From IMG/VR virus record IMGVR_UViG_3300008255_000185, positions 1 to 47,073 of that record: a stretch of DNA of 47,073 nt; one strand, given 5' to 3'. The position numbers and the translations under genes were made by a program. The notes beneath the pieces were generated by a model. That model ran no database searches. It was not told where the DNA came from and worked only from the letters and a program-made list of their open reading frames with translations. Below are positions 42,571 to 47,073 of the stretch, in pieces; the first letter of the stretch is position 1; every line of letters begins with the position of its first letter. The DNA is from a virus (lineage: Duplodnaviria > Caudoviricetes).

Positions 42571-44210
42571 CAGGTGTCCTGCCTCGCCGGCTCGCGGTTG
42601 CCCGGCGCAGCCATCCCATCAGGACCGCCGCCCCCGCCCTGGCTGCGGCCGAACGGGATCGGAATGCCGTCCGCGGTCATCTGCTTGATCTCGCGGGCGA
42701 TCTGCGTCAGCACTTCCTGCGGGTTCTTGCCGAGCGCGATCGCCTCGTCGGAATGCGACGACAACCCGAGCTCCATCCTGATCCGTGCAGCAAGAGCGTC
42801 CTTGGCGGGATCGGCAGACGGACGCTCCGGTCCCTGGAATTCAGCCTGGAAGACACTCTCGCGATCGCGGGTGAAGGCTCGATACCCACCCTTGAACTCG
42901 ATCTTGCCCGAGCTGATCATCTCGTCGAGCCATCGTTCGTAAATCGCCTGCGCAAACGGCGCCACAATGCGGGTGCGACGACGCATCACCACCGGCCAGA
43001 TGCTGGCGACACCCATGCGAACCGACGAGTAGGTCGCGTTGGAATGGTCCATCGCGAAGCTCTCGAAGGTGATGCCGAGGCACCGCGCCATTTCTCGCTG
43101 CAGGTTCTGGAAGAACGGCTTATATTCCGAGCCCGGCGTGGCGGCCGTCTTCAGGTCCAGCTCTTCGCCCGGCCCGAGGTGCGCGATCCGCGAAGGATCG
43201 GTGATCGAGACCCCATGTTCCTTCAGGCTGGCAATGCGCTGGCCCCAGACTTCGTAGAGGTCTGAGCGCAGCTCACTGGTGAAGGACGTCCACTCCGCGG
43301 CAGTGTAGCCCTCCGGCGGATCGGTATCGTCGATCGTCTGAATGGCCTCGAAAGCCTCGCGGCTCGCCTCGGGGCTCTTGATGGTCGCCGCGAAGATCGT
43401 CTGCAGCAGCGCCGTCGCCAGTGTCGCGTCGGCAAGCTGGTCGGCCTGCGCTACGACTTTGAGCGCCGGCGCCAGCACGGAGATGCCACGCGGCGCGTTG
43501 AGGTTCTCGCCACGATCCATGACATGGATCACATCGGCAGCCGGGATATCCTTGTCGCGCTCGATGCCGTCCGCATTCTCACGGAACCGGTAAACCCTCG
43601 GCCGACCAATACCATCGTGGAAGATGCCCTGGTCCATTCCCTCGAACAGTCTCGACGTGCGCGGGCAGCGGTGCGGAGCGATGAGCGAGACCTTGGTGCC
43701 GGTCTCACAGCCCAGCCGCCGACGCTCGCTGTCCGTCAGTTCGTCGAAGACGCCAAACGCCTCGCCGTAGGCCAGGTAGGACCGCAGCGCCGCGTCGAGC
43801 ATTTCGGCCACGGTCGATTTGCCTGCGAGGTCGCATTCCTTGGGATTCCACGCCCAGCGCCGCCAGGCCGCCTCGACGGTCCGGCACCAGTCGTTCGCTT
43901 CGTCGTCGCTGTAGCCGAACCGTGCCAGGTCCGCCCGGCAGTTCAGCTTCAGTTCCTCGCCGATCGTATCGCAGAGGATCTGCGTGACGGCCCCAGCGAT
44001 CCAGCCGGAATTGCGCATGAAGTCGAGGGCGAGTGCCGAAGCCCGCTCGGCCGCCTCCCGCACATCATGCTTGGCGTCCCGCGTGATCGCCCGACGCATG
44101 GCGAGGATGCCGGACTTGTCGCCGCGCAGATACCGCGCGGTGGGGCGCGTCGGCGCAACGGCCGTCGAAGGCTTCGCGCCTCCGCGAAACCATTGCGTCA
44201 GAGCGTTCAT
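42570..44210 (-). CDS. Portal protein, lambda family
   Basis: 'RNSG.IAGAV', 'RGIS.LAP', 'NATYSSVR', 'DPAKD'. Confidence 0.93.
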   Translation of the reverse strand: MNALTQWFRGGAKPSTAVAPTRPTARYLRGDKSGILAMRRAITRDAKHDVREAAERASALALDFMRNSGWIAGAVTQILCDTIGEELKLNCRADLARFGYSDDEANDWCRTVEAAWRRWAWNPKECDLAGKSTVAEMLDAALRSYLAYGEAFGVFDELTDSERRRLGCETGTKVSLIAPHRCPRTSRLFEGMDQGIFHDGIGRPRVYRFRENADGIERDKDIPAADVIHVMDRGENLNAPRGISVLAPALKVVAQADQLADATLATALLQTIFAATIKSPEASREAFEAIQTIDDTDPPEGYTAAEWTSFTSELRSDLYEVWGQRIASLKEHGVSITDPSRIAHLGPGEELDLKTAATPGSEYKPFFQNLQREMARCLGITFESFAMDHSNATYSSVRMGVASIWPVVMRRRTRIVAPFAQAIYERWLDEMISSGKIEFKGGYRAFTRDRESVFQAEFQGPERPSADPAKDALAARIRMELGLSSHSDEAIALGKNPQEVLTQIAREIKQMTADGIPIPFGRSQGGGGGPDGMAAPGNREPARQDT

Positions 44211-44218
44211 GCGGGATC

Positions 44219-46327
44219 CTACTTGTATGAATTCCAGCGACCACGGCGGCGGTCGCCCTGCGGCTTCGTGGCCGTCGTCGAGCGCGTCTTGGCGAAGGGG
44301 CTCTCGTCCGCCGCGATGAAGAGGTCAGGCTCGGCGAGATCGCCATGCACGGCGACGAGAAGGTCCGCCCAACGCTCAGCCGTCAGGCGGCGTTTCCGTT
44401 CCAGGTGCCACGCCAACGCAAACGCGTAGACGGTGGCATCGAACCAGTCGTTCTTGCGTCCGACAATCTTGCGCCAGACCCGCTGCGCCGACGGATTGAT
44501 CATCCTGCGGCCGCGCTTTGCCTTCGCCGCCTGAATATCCTCATCAGGATCGACCAGGCGCTCGGCAGTCAGCTCCTGCGCAAATTCCTCGTCACACAGA
44601 TCCGGCGGTAGGTGGATGGTGTTCCGCGGCCACCGCCCGGCCTCGTCCGTTCCCTGCACGAGATTGGCGAGACCAGCGGTGACCTCGGTCTTGATGTCGT
44701 AGTTTCCGACTGGATAGAGCAGCACCTTTGAAACGATGCGGCCCCGCTGATCCTTGATGTCACGCTTCACCGGCGTGCCGAGCCAGGGCAGACCCGACTG
44801 ATGGCGACCGTCGAGGGCGTGGACGTTCGGCCTGCCGGCGCAGAATCGATAGACGCGATCTGTCGAGAAACCGGAATCGATGCCCGAGAGATCGATATCC
44901 TTCTCGCCGCCACCCGCCGTCGGATAGCTTCGACCAAGGGCGTCGGCCAGCTGGATCCATGGCTCGTCGCTTTGGTCAGGCGCGCCTTCGAAGAGTTCGC
45001 GATCGACCAGCCATCGCTGCCCACGCGGCCCGATGGCGTAGACCAGCCATTTGATACCATACCCCTGGACGTCGGCAGCGGAGACGATGAGACCGGCCTC
45101 CTGCGGCACCATGCGGGCCTGAAACGGCTGGGCCCGGGCTGTCTCGACGATCTTCTCCCACTCGACTGTAACGCCACCCGGATCATAGGGCTCGGCCAGA
45201 TCCTGCTGCAGGAACACGCGCAGCTTTGTGGTGTCGCCTTCCGCCTCGATCCAACGATTCCAGATGTCGGCGAAGCGTTCCCGGGGCGCATAGGCCGCCC
45301 ACAGGTGATAGCTCGGCTGCCAGTCTCTGCAGCGACCTTCGCACGGCTTGCAGATCCACTCCGGCATCTCGTCGGGCGTCAGCGCCTGCGGAACTGGCGA
45401 TGCGCCTTCAGGAACTCGCGTGGCGATCCATTCGGCGCGGCCAAGCATCTCCGGCTTGTGTCCGTCGATGATCGCGCCGTCACAGGAGACGCAGCGAAAA
45501 TGCACCGGGCGGGCCGGCTCCTCGCTGGCGGGCTGCATCTGCTCGAAGCCGAGTGCCTGGAACACGCTGCAATGAGGGCAGGGCACATACAGATACCTGC
45601 GATCGCCAGCTTCGAAGTCCGAGGTGATCGCGCATTCGCCGGCGAGACCAGGCGTCGAACCCTGCCATTCCTTGGCGAGGTCGCCGTACATCTTCTGTCG
45701 CGCTCGCGCCTGGTCACGTGGGGAGCCGCGACCGTCCACGTCGCGCGGGTAGCCGGTCGATTCGTCCATCGCCAGGTACTTGATCGAGACCATCTGCAGG
45801 CCCTTCGACGACCCGGCGTTCACGACCTGGGCGAAGCCGCCGGCAAATCGTTTGAACGAAGTCGTCGAGCCCTGCTCGTCCCGACTGTTGACCGGCAGCA
45901 CCTTGTGCGAGATCCGCGGGCTCGCCTCGATCGTCGGCTGCAGCTTGATCCGGTTGAACTTCGTCGCCTCTTCCAGCGTCGGGAGAACGATCATCATCGA
46001 GCCGGGTGCCTGATCGACAATGAACCCGAACCAGTTCTCTATCGCGGTCGATTTGCCGAGCTGCGCCGCCCAGCGCGCCGTCACCCGCCTCGCCGGATGA
46101 TCCGGGTGCAGGCAGTCCTGCGGCTCTCGCAGATACGGAACCCTGTCGGTGCGAAACGGGCCCGGCCATGGCGATCCCGACTCCGCCGACACGACACGGT
46201 AGCGATCAGCCCACTCGCTGATCGTCAGATCCTCGACGGGGCGACTTGCTGCTTCAAGGCCCTTGAACAGGATCTCGGCACCCTGAGGCAGGCTGCCGAA
46301 GTGCTCGCGGGCCGGATGGAGTGTCAT
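44219..46327 (-). CDS. Terminase large subunit, GpA family
   Basis: 'WAAQLGKS' Walker A, 'AMDE', 'STP', 'CPHC', 'ADVQ', 'IDSG', 'NDWFD'. Confidence 0.95.
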   Translation of the reverse strand: MTLHPAREHFGSLPQGAEILFKGLEAASRPVEDLTISEWADRYRVVSAESGSPWPGPFRTDRVPYLREPQDCLHPDHPARRVTARWAAQLGKSTAIENWFGFIVDQAPGSMMIVLPTLEEATKFNRIKLQPTIEASPRISHKVLPVNSRDEQGSTTSFKRFAGGFAQVVNAGSSKGLQMVSIKYLAMDESTGYPRDVDGRGSPRDQARARQKMYGDLAKEWQGSTPGLAGECAITSDFEAGDRRYLYVPCPHCSVFQALGFEQMQPASEEPARPVHFRCVSCDGAIIDGHKPEMLGRAEWIATRVPEGASPVPQALTPDEMPEWICKPCEGRCRDWQPSYHLWAAYAPRERFADIWNRWIEAEGDTTKLRVFLQQDLAEPYDPGGVTVEWEKIVETARAQPFQARMVPQEAGLIVSAADVQGYGIKWLVYAIGPRGQRWLVDRELFEGAPDQSDEPWIQLADALGRSYPTAGGGEKDIDLSGIDSGFSTDRVYRFCAGRPNVHALDGRHQSGLPWLGTPVKRDIKDQRGRIVSKVLLYPVGNYDIKTEVTAGLANLVQGTDEAGRWPRNTIHLPPDLCDEEFAQELTAERLVDPDEDIQAAKAKRGRRMINPSAQRVWRKIVGRKNDWFDATVYAFALAWHLERKRRLTAERWADLLVAVHGDLAEPDLFIAADESPFAKTRSTTATKPQGDRRRGRWNSYK

Positions 46328-46980
46328 TGCAGTTCGATGCCCCGGGCAGCTCGATCAACGTCCTCTGCCTCGCCACCGGCATCGCGCGTGCGCTGGATCG
46401 CGTCGAGGCGGTCGAGCAGCTCGCGGTGGAAGACTTCCAGACCCTTCCGGCTGAACTGCTTCAGGGCCAGGCGTGCGGTGCGCTCCTCCCAGCCATAGCG
46501 AACGGATAGGCTGGCGGCCTCCGTTTCGATCGCCCGGTCGAAGGCGCTCTGCATCAGTGCAACGGAATCACGTCCGGCCTGGTCGACTTCAGCGACCACA
46601 GTCAGCTGCCGGCGGCGCACCGCCAGGTCCATTTCCTTTAGCTCGGCATCGGCCTGCGCCTTGCGGGCGGCACCGTCCGACTGGGTGCCGGCAAAGCGCT
46701 TGGTTGCACCACCAGCCTTTGCAGGAGCAACGGCGCCGGCCACCGCTGTGCGGATGCGGATGTTCTCGCCGCGATGCTGTTGCAGCGCGTCCAGATCTAC
46801 CAGGTTCGACTGGCCTGCCCGGCGCAGCGGCAACGCCTCGGCATGCTGCTTCAGATATCGCGAGAGTGTGGAGCGGTCGACGACATCGCCGGCAGCCGAA
46901 AGCCGCGACGCCGCATCGGTGATCGAGACCCACTCACCCTCAAGGCTGGCGCCGGTCATCGTGGCCTGTTCATCGCTCAT
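46324..46980 (-). CDS. Terminase small subunit
   Basis: N-terminal HTH ('SITDAA...DRSTLSRY'), coiled coil, ATGA overlap with terL, adjacent to the end. Confidence 0.75.
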   Translation of the reverse strand: MSDEQATMTGASLEGEWVSITDAASRLSAAGDVVDRSTLSRYLKQHAEALPLRRAGQSNLVDLDALQQHRGENIRIRTAVAGAVAPAKAGGATKRFAGTQSDGAARKAQADAELKEMDLAVRRRQLTVVAEVDQAGRDSVALMQSAFDRAIETEAASLSVRYGWEERTARLALKQFSRKGLEVFHRELLDRLDAIQRTRDAGGEAEDVDRAARGIELQ

Positions 46981-47062
46981 CGTGCCGTTCCGTGCACCGC
47001 ACGTGTGCCGCACGTGCGTTCCGTGTACCCCTTTTCGAGGGTGCTACTGGCGAAATCTCGGG

Positions 47063-47073
47063 CGTTTCCTACC
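47063..47073. repeat. Right terminal 11-bp repeat CGTTTCCTACC (candidate cos cohesive end)
   Basis: Identical to 1-11; about 80 bp upstream of terS start. Confidence 0.8.

Noticed and set aside
31012-46498. Many long + strand ORFs (e.g. 31012..32586, 39666..40949, 44801..46498)
   Set aside because: Antisense shadows of GC-rich structural genes with Arg/Gly-biased, non-globular composition.
1-47073. tRNA, rRNA, IS transposase, reverse transcriptase or tail-fibre invertase
   Set aside because: No supporting motifs recognised anywhere in the window.

Overview
This window looks like a complete, cos-ended genome of a temperate myovirus. It is GC-rich and probably infects an alphaproteobacterium (GcrA-like gene, MT-A70 methyltransferase, REP-like relic). 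The same 11-mer CGTTTCCTACC opens and closes the sequence next to the terminase small subunit. Layout: a lambda-like head (GpA terminase, portal, ClpP/scaffold, D, E) and a P2-like contractile tail with a PAAR spike on the minus strand (47.0 to 20.9 kb); a lysis cassette (20.3 to 18.2 kb); a cI/cro switch with four 17-bp operators (8.7-9.8 kb); a leftward early/replication operon (cII, GcrA-like, MT-A70, split P4-type primase and helicase, candidate iteron origin, candidate late regulator); and a rightward early operon ending in xis/int. Two observations stand out. (1) At 20.4-20.9 kb there is a non-coding array of four 70-85 nt two-hairpin small-RNA units. Each has its own identically spaced -10 element, a conserved 5' end and 3' stem, variable loops, and G-U pairs that favour the + strand, antisense to the late operon. 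(2) The integrase has no stop codon and runs head-on into an apparently truncated lysis-region gene, suggesting attP has been deleted. All protein calls rest on motif recognition and gene order, not on database searches.
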